Origin: the human T2T-CHM13v2.0 reference genome, Homo sapiens
Length of the DNA: 64,000 nt
Assembly: GCF_009914755.1 (NCBI RefSeq)
Contig: NC_060941.1
Reading direction: 5' to 3' (one strand)
In this document: one piece after another, positions 15,098 to 29,147 of the stretch
Layout: every line of letters starts with the position of its first letter
Position numbering within the stretch: the stretch's first letter is position 1
The notes under the pieces: generated by a model
Databases searched by the model: none
What the model saw: the letters and a program-made list of their open reading frames with translations, nothing else
What the model was told of the DNA's origin: nothing
Program-made: the position numbers and the translations under genes

Positions 15098-15254
15098 GTT
15101 TGGGGAGTTCTTTAGATTGGGTGGTGAGGGAGGGCCTCTCTGTGTTAGTGACTTAAATTAAGATTTCAATAGCAAGAAAGAAACATCAGTCCCAAAGTCA
15201 AGATTGGAAAAAGAGTATTCCAGAAAGACTGAATGTTAATATAAAAGTTCTAAT

Positions 15255-15420
15255 TTAGCCTGCTAGTGGCATGCATCTGTACTCCTAGCTACACAGGAGG
15301 CTGAGGCAGGAGGATTGCTTGAACCCAGGAGTTTGAAGTTACAGTGAGCTATGGTCACATTACTGCACTCCAGCCTGAGCAACAGAGTGATATCCTGTCT
15401 CTAAAAAAATAAAAAGTTAA
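15255..15420 (+). mobile_element. Alu monomer (FRAM/AluJ right arm)
   Basis: ggaggattgcttgaacccaggagtttgaagttacagtgagctatg followed by an A tail. Confidence 0.8.
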
Positions 15421-15539
15421 AATTAAAAGAAGAGCTCTAATTTTGAGAAAAGGGGGCCCAGAGTGGATAGAGCATAGAAAAAGAGAAGAAAGTTAATAGG
15501 AGCTCAAATCAAGGGTAGGCAGGGCCAGATTATATGGAG

Positions 15540-15710
15540 TAATGGTTTATAAAGTTTGTTCCCACATCACCTGGGAACTTGTCAGAAATGTAAATTCTCT
15601 ACCTACACTCCATGTTTACCAAATCAGAAACTCTGGGGTGGGGCCCAGCACTCTGGGTTTTAATAGACCTTCTGGTGACTATGGTGCGTGTGCAAGCTTA
15701 AGAACCACTA
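15540..15710. mobile_element. MER5A (hAT-Charlie)
   Basis: catcacctgggaacttgtcagaaatg...aatcagaaactctggggtggggcccagca...agaaccact. Confidence 0.8.
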
Positions 15711-17770
15711 ATATACAATTTTATAGATCAAGACAGATAATTTGAATTTTAGTCTAAACTGCAGAGTCAAAGCCATTGATAGGTTTAAGTCATGGGGAGA
15801 GGATGTATGACATCACTGGATTTGTTTTCAAAAGTTTACTCTGCTTTGGACAAAGTGGAATGTAGAGAAGCAAGACTTGGAGCAGGGCAATGAGTTAAAA
15901 GGTTTTTCAGGCTAGAAATTAGGGTATCTGAGATTAGGGTGCCAGGGATGGAGACAAAGAGAAATGGATAGATTTAGGATACATCATGGGAATCCCCAAG
16001 ACTCAGTGAGTGGCAGGCAAAAGAAAGTGAGGGATCAAGGATAAGGCCCAGGTTTGGGTCCCAGGAAACAAGGTACACTGTGATGTCATTAGGGGAAGTG
16101 AAGAAGATTAGAAAAGGAGGATATTTGGGGGTGAAATCAGGAGTTCTCTTTCAGTCATGTTGTGTTTGACATGGCTAATAGATTTATACGGCTGTGTCAG
16201 GCAGTTTGATGGAAAAGTCAGGAGTTCTAAGAAAATGTACCAACAAAAGTATGTTTTTGGATTCACCTGTACATAGACTGTGTATCTTATCTAAACCCAT
16301 GGGAAGAAATGGGATCACCTGAGAAAAGGATGTGAATAAAGAAGAAAAGAGCACCCAGAACAGAGCCCTTGGGCACCTAATATTTACTGATCTGACTGAG
16401 GGGCAGAACCGTTGAAGAAAGTGCAATGTGTGAGATTAGGAGGACACTAAAGAAACTAAGCGCTTGGGGTCATGGAGTCAAGTGGAAAGAATCTTTCAAA
16501 AAGGAAGCATCAGCTTTGTTGAATGCTGCAGAGGAATCAACAACACAAGACAAAGCAATGGGCCCTCCTGGATCATTGCTGATCATGATGAGAGAAGTTT
16601 CCATGCAGTGAAAGAAACCACTTAGAACGTGTACAGGAGAGAATGTGAGGTAAGGAAGTAGAGAAAGCAAAAAATAAACAACTTGGAAACGATGACAGAT
16701 AAATCGGAAGAAATTGGAAGCCCATTTGGGGTTAAGGCACTTTCCAGTCACTGTATAAGAGAGACAGTAAAGACTCAGAGAGCTTTCTCATACAAGAGAG
16801 AAGGCAGGAAAGGAGCAAATAATATCCCCAAATCCAACCAATCACAATGGTAATAAATATATAGGACAGAGTAGCATTCAATGAGCATCTACAATGGGTA
16901 GGCAACTATGGAGATTTACAAAGAGTAATCAAAATGGAAAAAATGAATGCACATTTAGGTAATTAAAAGCCAGTGTGTGTTAACTCTACAGCTTAGGTAC
17001 AAAGTGCTTTGCAATCAAAAAGAAGAAAGGGATCTACTCTTGTTTGAACTTCAGTCTTCAAGAAAACGGATAGAGAAAAACTAGCTTCTAATGTAGAGGG
17101 GCTAGTATACTAGAGACTAATTAAGGGAACAGTGAATCAGTAAAACTGGAAATATCACATTTCATTCCAATTACATTCCAGAGAATAATACCTAATATTA
17201 TAAATTTCTGACTTTTAAAATAATGTTATATGTTTTATTCTCCATACTAATAGAAAATAGAAGAAGGTTTGGAGACCTACATAGAGAGACAGAGACTGAG
17301 AAAATATGAGATTAAAGTCTACAAGGAATAATATACTTATTAAGCAGTTATTAATCTATTACGTGTCAATGTTTGTTGTGATACTTTCATACCCATTGTC
17401 TCATCAAACCCTTGGTCAGCCTCGACTGGACACTTTCATTTTATTGGGAAACATTTATTCCTTGCATGGTCATTGTAGAGAAAATTACATTTAGTTTCTT
17501 CTAAGGATGTCTCTCAATAAATTTATCTCCTCCCCAAACAAATGAATAATAAATTATTTTCCTTCTCTCTATATTAATTAATTGGGCAACTATTAGTTGC
17601 AAGAATCTTAATTGGAAGAAAAAAAGAGGTTTTTTGTTTTTTTCATTCAAAGGATTTCCAAACAATGAGAGAGAGACTACAGAAGGTCATCTTGTATCAT
17701 GGTTTCCAAATCTGGCTGTACAACTAAATCCTGGGGAAAGCTTCTTGAAAACACAGATTCCCAGACTTTA

Positions 17771-18124
<354 letters not shown>

Positions 18125-18610
18125 TCAGGCGATTCTGGTGTGCAGCCAGTTGTGGAAAGCACAACTCTGAAACAGGCAGTTCTCTTGCAATTTATGTTTT
18201 CATAACATGACTATTAAAATTTGAGAAATTAGGGAACACTATTTGCATTGCAAGGACAAGTATTGATTGTAAAGGGATGGCCAACAACTAGCAATGTGAG
18301 TAAAGAGAAAAAATTCTGTCGTCCACATAGTGTATTAAGAACGCTCTTGCTGGCCGATTGCATCTACTTTGTTTGAGAGGCTCTGAGCTTCGTTTTGCAA
18401 TAACAAGAGATATAACAAGTCAATAAAAAAGAGTGTACAAGATGTTCCAATAATGAGCGTGCCGGTGGTTAAAGGAGAAAAAAGCCACTTCGCTTTAGAC
18501 AATTAAATGCTGGATCAGCTCAGTGATGTTTGAGGATTATAACTATATGTTTAGCCTATGGAAACACTCTCATTATTAAAAAAATTTTTAGGAAAGATAA
18601 CATTCATTGC

Positions 18611-18910
18611 ATTTATGTATTTATTTTTGAGTCAGAGTCTTGCTGTGTCACCCAGGCTGGAGTGCACTGACGTGATCTCAGCTCACTGCAACCTCTGCCT
18701 CCCAGGTTGAATTGATCCTTGTGTCTCAGCCTCCTGAGTAGCTGGGACTACAGGCATGTGCCACCACGCCCAGCTAATTTTTGTAATTTTAGTAGATATG
18801 GGGTTTTGCCATGTTGGCCAGGCTGGTCTCAAACTCCTGACCTCAAGTGATCCACTCGCCTCAGGCACCCAAAGTGCTGGGATTACAGGTGTAAGCCACC
18901 ACATTCAGCT
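18611..18910 (-). mobile_element. Alu (AluS-like)
   Basis: Full reverse Alu. Confidence 0.9.
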
Positions 18911-18930
18911 GATTTGATACCATCTGAATA

Positions 18931-20410
18931 CAGTCTTATGCTACATAATGATGTTTTGGTCAATGAATGACCACATACAGAGCAGCGGTCCCATAAGATT
19001 ATAATAGAGCTGAAAAGTTCCTGTCACCTAATGACAATTATATACAGCCCATAACACTTGATAATACAGAACTATGTTACTGGTTTATGTATTTGCTATA
19101 CTATACTTTTCATCATTACTTTAGAGTGCACTCCTACTTATTGAAAAAAAAATTAACTGTTAAACAGCCTCTGGCAGGTCCTTATGAGTTATTCCAGAAA
19201 AAGGCACTGTTACAGGAGATGACAGCTCCATGTATGTTATTTTCCCCAAAAACCTTCCTGTGGGACAAGATGTAGAGTTGGAAACACTGATATTGATGAT
19301 CCTGACCCTGTGTAGGCCTAGGCTGAAGTTTGTGTTTGTGTCTTTGTTTTTAACAAAAACGTTTAAAAAGTAAAATCAATAAGGAAAATTTGTAAGAATA
19401 GAAAAGACCTTACAGTCTGGGCGTGATGACTCAAGCCTATAATCCCAGTACTTTGGGAGGCTGAGGAGGGCAGATGGCTTGAGACCAGGAGTTCTAGACT
19501 AGCCTTGCTCAACATGTTGAAACAGGTTTCAACATGATGAAACCCTGTCTCTATAAAAATTACAAAGTTATCCATAGTGGTATGTGCCTGTCGTCCCAGC
19601 TACTCAGGAGGCTGAGGTGGGAGGAACAATTGAGCCTGAGAGGTCGAGGCTACAGTGAGCCAAGATTGTGCCACTGCACTCCAGCATAAGCAACCAAGCA
19701 AGACCCTGTCTCGAGACAGAGAGAGAGAGAAAGGAAAGAAGGAAGGGGAGGGGAGGGGAGGTGAGGGAAGGGCTGTTCAAAAAGAAAAAAGCTTATAGAA
19801 TAAGAATATAAAGAAATATTTTTGTACAGATGTTCCATATGCTTGTGTTTAAAGCTAAATGTTATTACAAAGGAGATAAAAAGTTAAAAAAATTTAGAAG
19901 TTTATGAAGTAAAATAGTTATCGTAAGCTGAAGTTGTTTTACTACTGAAGAAAAAAATCAAAATAAATTTAGTGTAGACTAAGTGCTTTTATAGTTTACA
20001 GTAGTGCACAATAATGCCCTAGACTTTCACACTGACTCACTACTCTCTCTCTGTCTCACTCAGCGCAACTTTCAGTCCTGCAAACTCTAGTCATAGTTAG
20101 TGCCCTATGCAGGTGTAGCATTTTTTATCTTTTGTATCATATTTTTACTGTACCTTTTCCATGTTTAAATGTTTAGATATGCAAATACTTATCATCGTGT
20201 TCTAATAGCCTACAGTACAATAACATGTCATGCAGATTTGATTTGCAGCCTAGAAGTAATAGGCTATCAAATGGCCTAGGTGTATAATCGGCTGTACCAT
20301 GTAGATTTGTGTTAAGTACACTCTATGATGTTCAGATAACCAAGAACATAATTGCCCAATGACAACACATTTCTCAGAACATATTTCCATTGTCAAGTGA
20401 TGCTTGACTG
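18931..20410 (+). mobile_element. Tigger3b-type TcMar DNA transposon containing an AluJ (~19414-19715)
   Basis: TA|CAGTC...GACTG|TA termini. ggtcccataagattataatagagctgaaaa start and catttctcagaacata end resemble Tigger3 family ends. Confidence 0.85.
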
Positions 20411-20413
20411 TAA

Positions 20414-20548
20414 TTGTTTTGGTAACTCTTCTTAAAAATAACACCATGTTTCTGTAAGGAAAAGCAAAATTTAGAATTTAGTTGTTTTGGTAACTCTTCT
20501 TAAAAATAACACCATGTTTCTGTAATGAAAAGCAATATTTAGAAGTAG
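20414..20548. repeat. Tandem duplication, 68-bp period, 2 copies
   Basis: ttgttttggtaactcttcttaaaaataacaccatgtttctgtaa... begins at 20414 and 20482; 2 mismatches over the first 63 bp. Confidence 0.95.
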
Positions 20549-21505
20549 AATAGACTACGTTCTCTGTCCATGAATAGATATCACAGTAAATATGCAAGTG
20601 TGTGCTGGAAGCAAACACAAGGGGCACCTAATTTGAGGGTCTTAAAAGATTGGTAAGAATTATGTTGAAAAGGTAGGAGGCCTACTTAACTTCTTCTTAT
20701 TACTTATTACATTTGTCATAACTTACTGTAATAACACTACTTATTACATTTGTTTACCTTTCCCTTTTAGGTGTTAGAGAGATTTTCCATTCTCTTCGTT
20801 TATTCTACAGTCTCACCATTCTACTAATTAGGAAGTTCTCAAAGGCTCTAAATTCTTTTCTCTGTAATTCCAATTCATTCCTAAGAGGATGCTTTTGTTG
20901 ACAGAAAGAAATCCTGCCTTATAATCTCAACACTTGGGTGGTTTGATTTCTGAACAGAGACAGGTATTGACCTCTATGGGCAACTCAAGGCTCCTTTCTT
21001 CTCCCCATCCTCCTTTTGCTCCCGCCCAGGGATGAGTCAGGGTGAGGAGGAAAACACTTCAGCCTTCAAGGGGCAGGAGTGCTGGATGACAGACTTAGTT
21101 GGCAGGCTGTGCTTTGAAGGGTAGAAGTTTTAACATATGATAAAATGTCACCTTATTCGCATGGATTTTTCTCCCCTTTCTGTAGGGGTCCCTCAAACAC
21201 CAGCTACAACCAGGGCTGCTTCCAAATGAGAAGAGGCTGACCAGCTCTGTCACTTCTGATGTCCCCTTTACCAGGGCTAGGCCAGGGCACAGCCAGGGCG
21301 CGGATATCTTTGCTTTGGGGTAAAGGGGCTTTTTTGCACTCCAGCTCTCTTGGAATGGCTTCTTCTCAGAACAATGGGACAAAGTTCCAAAATTGGAAGT
21401 GAACTTAGGAGGAAAAAGTGGTCATTTTCCCCAGCTTTGGTTCTAGCCTCTTAACTAAGGCTAAAAAGAATTCTCCATAATCCAAATTCTTTCTAAAGTT
21501 TTACA

Positions 21506-22395
21506 CAGGCATGTATCCATTAATGACAAGGAAAAGTTCGGAGAAATGCATCATTAGGTGATTTCATCATTGTGCAAACACCACACAGTGTACTTACACA
21601 AACCTAAACAGTTTAGGCTACTATATACCTAGGCTAGATGGTATAGCCTATTGCTCCTCAGCTACAGACCTACACAACATGTTATTCTACTGAATACTGT
21701 AGGCAACTGGAACACAATGGCAGGTATTTGCACACCTAAACATATTTAAACATAGAAAAGGTACAGTAAAAATGCGGTAGGAGATTAAAAAATGCTACAC
21801 GTGTATGGGGCACCTACCACGAATGGAGCTTGCAGGACTGGAAGTTGCTCTGGGTGAGTTAGGGTGTGAGTGGTGACTGAATGTTAAAGCTAGGACATTA
21901 CTGTACACCACTGTAGACTATGGAAACACTGTACACTTAGGCTACACTAAATTTATTTTAAGTATTTGCTTTAATAATAAATTAACATTAGCTTACTGTA
22001 ACTTTTTTACTTTATGTGATGGTTAATACTGAGTGTCAACTTTAGTGGATTGCAGGATGCAAAGTGTTGATCCTGGGTGTGTCTGTGAGGGTGTTGCCAA
22101 AGGAGATTAACATTTGAGTCAGTGGGCTGGGGAAGGCAGACCCACCCTTAATCTGGTGGACACTACCTAATCAGCTGCCAGCCAATATAAAGCAGGCAGA
22201 AAAACGTGAAAAGGCAAGACTGGCCTCGCCTTCCAGCCTACATCTTTCTCCCATGCTGGATGCTTCCTGGCCTCGAACATCAGACTCCAGGTTCTTCCAG
22301 TTTGAGACTGGGACTGGCTCTCCTTGCTCCTTGAGCTTGCAGACAGCCTTGTAGGACCTTGTGATCATGTAAGTTAATACTTAATAAACTCCCCT

Positions 22396-22436
<41 letters not shown>

Positions 22437-23195
22437 TACACACACACATATGCTATTAGTTCTGTTCCTCTAGAGAACCCTAATGCACTTTACATATATT
22501 TTAATTTTTAAACTTTTTGACTCTTTTATAATAACATTTAGCTTAAAACACAAACACATTGTACAGCCATACAAAAATATTTTCTTTCTTTATATCCTTA
22601 TTCAGGCTATATATCCTTTATATTTTTTTATTTTTTAAATTATTATTAGTTTACTTTTAAGCTTTTTTTGTTAAAAACTAAGACACAAACATACACATTA
22701 TCCTAGGCCTACACAGGGTCAGGATCATCAATGTCACTGTCTTCCACCTCTACATCTTATCCCACTGTCTTCAGGGGCGATAGCATGCATGGAGCTGTCA
22801 TCTCCTGTGACAACAATGCTTCTGGATACCTCCTGAAGGACCTGCCTGAGGCTGTTTTACAGTTAACATTTTTTTAATAGGTAGAAGAAATATACTCTAA
22901 AATAATAACAAAAAACATAGTAAATATATAAACCAGTAACATAGTTGTTTAGTATTATCAGTATTATGAGCTGTGCATAATTATATTGCTATACTTTTAT
23001 AAACCTAGCAGAGCAGTAAGTTTGTTTACACCAGTGTCACCACAAACACATGAGTTATGCTTTGCATTACAATGTTAGGACAGCTATGATGTCACTAGGT
23101 GATATGAATTTTTCAGCTCCATTATAATCTTAAGGGACCACCATCGGATATGCCACCTGCTATTGACCTTAGCGTTCTTATGTGTTGCATGACTG
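21506..23195 (-). mobile_element. Second Tigger3b-type element, opposite orientation, containing an MLT2A1 LTR
   Basis: Reverse complement of blocks in 18931-20410 (e.g. cctaggcctacacagggtcaggatcatcaat). Right end GACTG|TA. Confidence 0.85.
22015..22487 (+). mobile_element. MLT2A1-type (ERVL) solo LTR with internal (TA)n(CA)n microsatellite
   Basis: TGTGATGGTTAATACTGAGTGTCAAC...CA. Perfect 5-bp TSD CTTTA at 22010-22014 and 22488-22492. TATAAA at 22186, AATAAA at 22383. Confidence 0.9.
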
Positions 23196-24370
23196 TATTG
23201 AGGTTTGAGGACAAACCCTGCTAGAAATAAACTGTTTATTCTTTTTTGACTGCATTATGTTTATATCATCCCAAGGGACTTTGCTCAAGTTTTTCCAGGT
23301 GACCTAGCCCAATCCCATCCTCATTCATTCTATTAATGACATCCCTAACTTTCCCTTCCCACCTCAATAGAAAATGCAAGCCCAAACTGAGTCAGTGTTT
23401 TCCACCTTGGTGTCTTTCCTTTTAAAAATGCTGTTCTAGGTAGCTAAAGATATTCTGGTTGTGCTCCCCACTTTCAAGTGGCAAGTTTTTTTTGTGAGTC
23501 AATTACTAAGAGTCTTCAGGACTTTCTACCCAGCACTTGCCTAGTAATTTGCTATGACCAACCTACAGCATCTGTCAACTCTTCCCATGGATTAATAGAA
23601 CTGTAATTAAAATCCAACAGAGAGCCCCAAAATTAATTAGGACATGAAACAGCCATGTAAGCAGCATGGAGCACAGCTCTGTATAAAGAAAAGACAAGCT
23701 TCATGTAAAACAAGTGTATACCCCAGGCAGGCCTCTGTCCATCTCTCATCAGCTGGCCCCTGAACTGCCTGTTTCTGATCTGTAAACTCATTGTGAAAGT
23801 GCCTAATAGAGGGCAGCCACACAGTAGGTAGCAATACATCGCAGTGACTGCTTGACTCTTTACTTGAAATATAATCCTCAGGGGAGCTTATTTCTTCTAT
23901 TTACAGAAAAAAGGAAATTTTAGAGAGATGAAATATCTCATTGCTCACACCTAGGTTTTCCCTTCAGATCTCCATGCTCTGTGGATGAAGACTTCCTTTA
24001 AGTTTTCTGGAGCCTAAGCTTATGGACATAATGTCATGAAAGCAGGATAGTGCTGCACATGTATCTGCTTCTTACTGTGAGACCTTGGGCAAGTTATCAA
24101 TACTCTGTGCCTCAGTGACTAGCACATGGCAAGTGTGCAAATGCCAGGTATGTTATTAATGCTGATTGGCCTCTAACAGAAAGATAATGGTAGTGATGTC
24201 TATTTTCTCTTGTTCTCAAGAGGTTATACCTAGGGGGTCCATATGAACTTTAATGTACATCCAGATTTATAAAAAACGGTTTCTGAAAGCAAGGTGCCAT
24301 GTTTTATGCAACGTTTGGCAATTAACTGTTTTCTGTTGTTGTTGTTGTTTGTTTGTTTTTTTAATAATGA

Positions 24371-24742
<372 letters not shown>

Positions 24743-25935
24743 TCACTCCTTCAATGATAAAACGTCCTTCTACCCTGAATAGCTACAAAATTGTACCTTT
24801 TTTCTTGTATGGTGGAAGAAGAGAATGGAAATTTCTTCCAAAATCGAAGTTGTCTTAAGATTGGCAGCCAGAGCAGGAGGCCATAAAACACTGTCAGAGA
24901 TGACAAGGGTTGAATTAAGTTCCAGGAACTGTTAAGAGCAATGTGAAGGACTCATCTCTGGTCAGAGATAACTGGGCATAAAAGCGTATTGATTAATAAT
25001 GTAACCTTCCTTTAAACCTTTTCCCAGGCAGTCCAGAAACCTTCACTGCACTCAGGTGAGAAACATGAAAAGTTTTTCCTCAAGATTTTCAATAGAAGCA
25101 ACAACTGCAATAAACCAGACTTGTCATGGAACAGTTTTCACCATATGGGGCCCTGATGCCTCACTGAGCAGTGACTGTCAGGCCTGAGGTGGGTACACAT
25201 CCATGCTTCCTCCTCGTCAAATGCCCCCAGAGAAACCGGCTGTGCATTTTCAAGAAAAAAAATGACTTAGGCTTACTCAATCCATTCAGCGACTAGGCAG
25301 AAAGTATAAAACAAATGATGGAGAAATCTCCCAACATAGCCAATATTTGCTGATAAATATTTGACACACACCTCTGGTTCCCAACCTACAGAAAGAAGAG
25401 AATGTCACCTAGGCTCTTCGGAGTTGTCAGAAATAGATATTCATCGAGGTTACCTCTAGCAATGGAAAATCAGCTGTGAGGCTACATGTGGAAATAGGAA
25501 AAACATAACTCCTCCAGGAACCCAGCGATGGCTAGACTGAAGGTGGAATGCAGATTAATCATGGTAAGATTATTTTAGGACACACAATTCCCAAGACCCA
25601 CAACCCCCACCAATGTGAATTTTCTCCAATTCTCTAGTCTCGATCCTATTAACTAACTACCCCACCCTCTAGTTGGTTATCTTTTTAAAATATTTTCATT
25701 TTACTTTACTGATAGCTTCTGATTACTCTTGGCTCCTGATGCAGCTGATCCCACTAACAATTGCTCTGTCTGTCCATCTGTCTGCCTATCTAGAGACACC
25801 ATTTATTACAAAGATCTCATACAAGGTCCCTGCCAGGCCAACATATTGGGACTGGCTAACAGATTTGTCACCCTTACTTTGGATGCCCCCTCCTAATCGA
25901 ATCAGCCAAAATGCTGGGGTCGAATGATTCAGCAC

Positions 25936-26119
25936 AGGGATTTTCTAAGTATGACCTGCAGGGCAAACCTGACCTGCCATCTATGTTTGTACATTCATTA
26001 GTTTATATATCGTCCATGACTGCTTTTGTGCTACAATGGCAGACAGAGTTGACTAGATGCCAGCAGAGCTTAAAATATTTACTACCTGGCCTCTTACAGA
26101 CAATATTTGCTGATTCCTG
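25936..26119. mobile_element. MER58A-like hAT element
   Basis: ctgcttttgtgctacaatggcag...aaaatatttactacctggcctcttacaga...tttgctgattcctg. Confidence 0.7.
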
Positions 26120-27594
26120 ATTGAGAATACGGATAAGCGTTCAGTGTAAGAAAGTGCACCGGAAAGGAACTGTAAATGGGTTTTCTTAGGAAGGGCTCAG
26201 GAGTATAGCAGATATTCTGAGGCCAAAGATCTCAGGGAAGCTGCAGGTTGGTCTTCTTTGGTCCATATACACGCCATACACTAAATAAACATGTACACAT
26301 ACAAGTATATACTTATATATGTATGATTTTACATGAAAAGTATATACAAGTATATACTTATATATGATTTTAAATGAAGATATAAATTAATTCATTTAAA
26401 AGTGAAACTGATTCTATACTATCTTTAATAACTTTTTTTTTAACATGAATCAGAATGCAACTCTAATCACGATGCAAACCCCTGATTTAGCAATATCAAA
26501 ACTGTACATGACCTGTTTTGCATTCCTATTTAGCCCTGGAATGCAACCAATGCTATTGTTGTTCCTATGTTTTTGTAAGGAACATGGTTGGTAGGACATT
26601 CACTTTATAACTTGGGGCTAAGACTAATAGAAAATACTATGATTTCTACCACTTTCATCCCTACTACTTTTGAAGCTCATCCTGATCTTTTTATAATTAA
26701 GAAGCTTAATGAGGAAACATTGTGTGACTACTAGGCTCAAGGACTTGAGGAAAAGTAAATTTTCTGCCCATCTGCATGAAGAATTAACTTTGTCCACTGG
26801 TTTATAATTTCTTCCTTACTTGATTGTGAGCACTGAGCACTTGGGATGCAGAGATTGGATTTTAGCTTGTTCATATACACTAATTCCTAGCATCGTGACT
26901 GGCGCATTTGGGGACTTCATTATGTGTTTGTGGAATGAATGAGTGCATGCTGTCATATATTCTCATTGCTCAGTTGGTAAAGCTAACATAGAAGGACTTA
27001 TAACTGTAAAAGACACTAGGACACCTTTGTAACTGCTCTCACCACTACAGAGATGGGCTAGCACTGAAAAGTAAAAGTTGTCTCTATAAAAGAGTGAGGC
27101 ACAGAATACGTGAGTTTCAGACTGACCAGAGCTCTCTTCCCCTACGTTGCATTGGTCATTACACTATTTGGTCATCACATTATTTGTTCTCAGGCCTACA
27201 CTAACAGGCCTGGGTCTAACCCTATGCTGCCCAGATCTTTAATCCAGGACTCAATCCTCCATGCAAAGTTAGTTCCTGGTTTGTACTCCCATGATACTGT
27301 GTCCATATTTTTGTTTAACACTTAGACTGAACTGCAATGATCTGCTTACTAGGAAGTTTCCCTCACTGGCTTAGAAGTCCATGTTGTACCTCTGTATAAA
27401 ATTCAATAATGTGTGATAAAGGAAGGAAGGAATAAATGAGCTAATAAGCATGTAAAATATAAGTCACTATCCCCTTTCATCTCCTTGATGATTTAAGCTG
27501 ATTGATCGTGACATCCATCCTCGTTAGACCCACCTTCAACCTCTCCCCTTTCTTAATGGTTTTGCCTCTCCAAACGGTCTCCAACAATAGTTCA

Positions 27595-27944
<350 letters not shown>

Positions 27945-28819
27945 AAGTTTGCATAACTATAGGTATGTATGTGTTATCAGAGATTCAAATCCCAGACATG
28001 GCCTTTGTGAAAGCATCCCCTCCTGCAGCCACCTAATTTCTGATACATGTCAACCTTCCCAAGCAACTCATTTCCCTGGACCCCCCATCTGCCTGCTAAA
28101 TAAGTAATACCAGGTTTCACTGCCAATGTAAGACCCTCAGGGAGTAAAAACAGTGAGCAGCATCAATGTGCTTCCCAGCAGAGCAACTAGCCTTCAGCAA
28201 ATAAAACACCCTGAAAACAGCTGGCTGGGGTTCCTGGAGCCCTCCTCCCCCTCCAATGAATCATTCTGTAGAATGTGGCTGCCCAGCTAGGCCTTTGGGA
28301 GAATTCGATAAGTTAAACAAGGCTGCCCTCTCATGGTTAAAAAAACTACCTGTATAAAATGTTTTCTATTTTTCAAACACAAGAAATCCAGGGCACCCCA
28401 TTGAAAAACCTGTGTAATACTTATCTTTTTAAAGCAGATAATTTAAAGTATGCTGCAGTCAGCTTCTAAGAAACAATGAATGATAAATAGAAGTGAAAAA
28501 GTATATTCCAAATTTTAAAACTTGCTCTAGATTGAATTATAATCAACAAGAATTCATTACTGATTCTAGAATTTAAGTAGATGAAATAATTGCCCAAACT
28601 TGATAAGCCAATAATAAAAAATGAAACAAAGAATTGCTTAATGCATGGGATTTCTGTCTTAGGTAATTTATTTTAGACTTTAGTTGGCTTACACAGCAGT
28701 AACACTGGTTCTGTTTATATATTAATTCATTTAGTAAATATCTGCAAAGAATATACTAGAGAATCTCAACTACTGTAAGATGTAATTTTTTCCTCCATAT
28801 TTTTAACATCTTTAATGCA

Positions 28820-29147
<328 letters not shown>

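Larger units (their letters stand above)
12610..16760 (-). mobile_element. L2 LINE remnant interrupted by THE1A, an Alu monomer and MER5A
   Basis: L2 3' end (tttattgagcatttgctctgtgtcaggca) followed by purine-rich L2 body that resumes after each insertion. Confidence 0.7.

Noticed and set aside
23388-23501. Two AP-1 heptamers (TGAGTCA) about 107 bp apart
   Set aside because: 7-mers recur by chance at this scale and nothing else supports an enhancer here.
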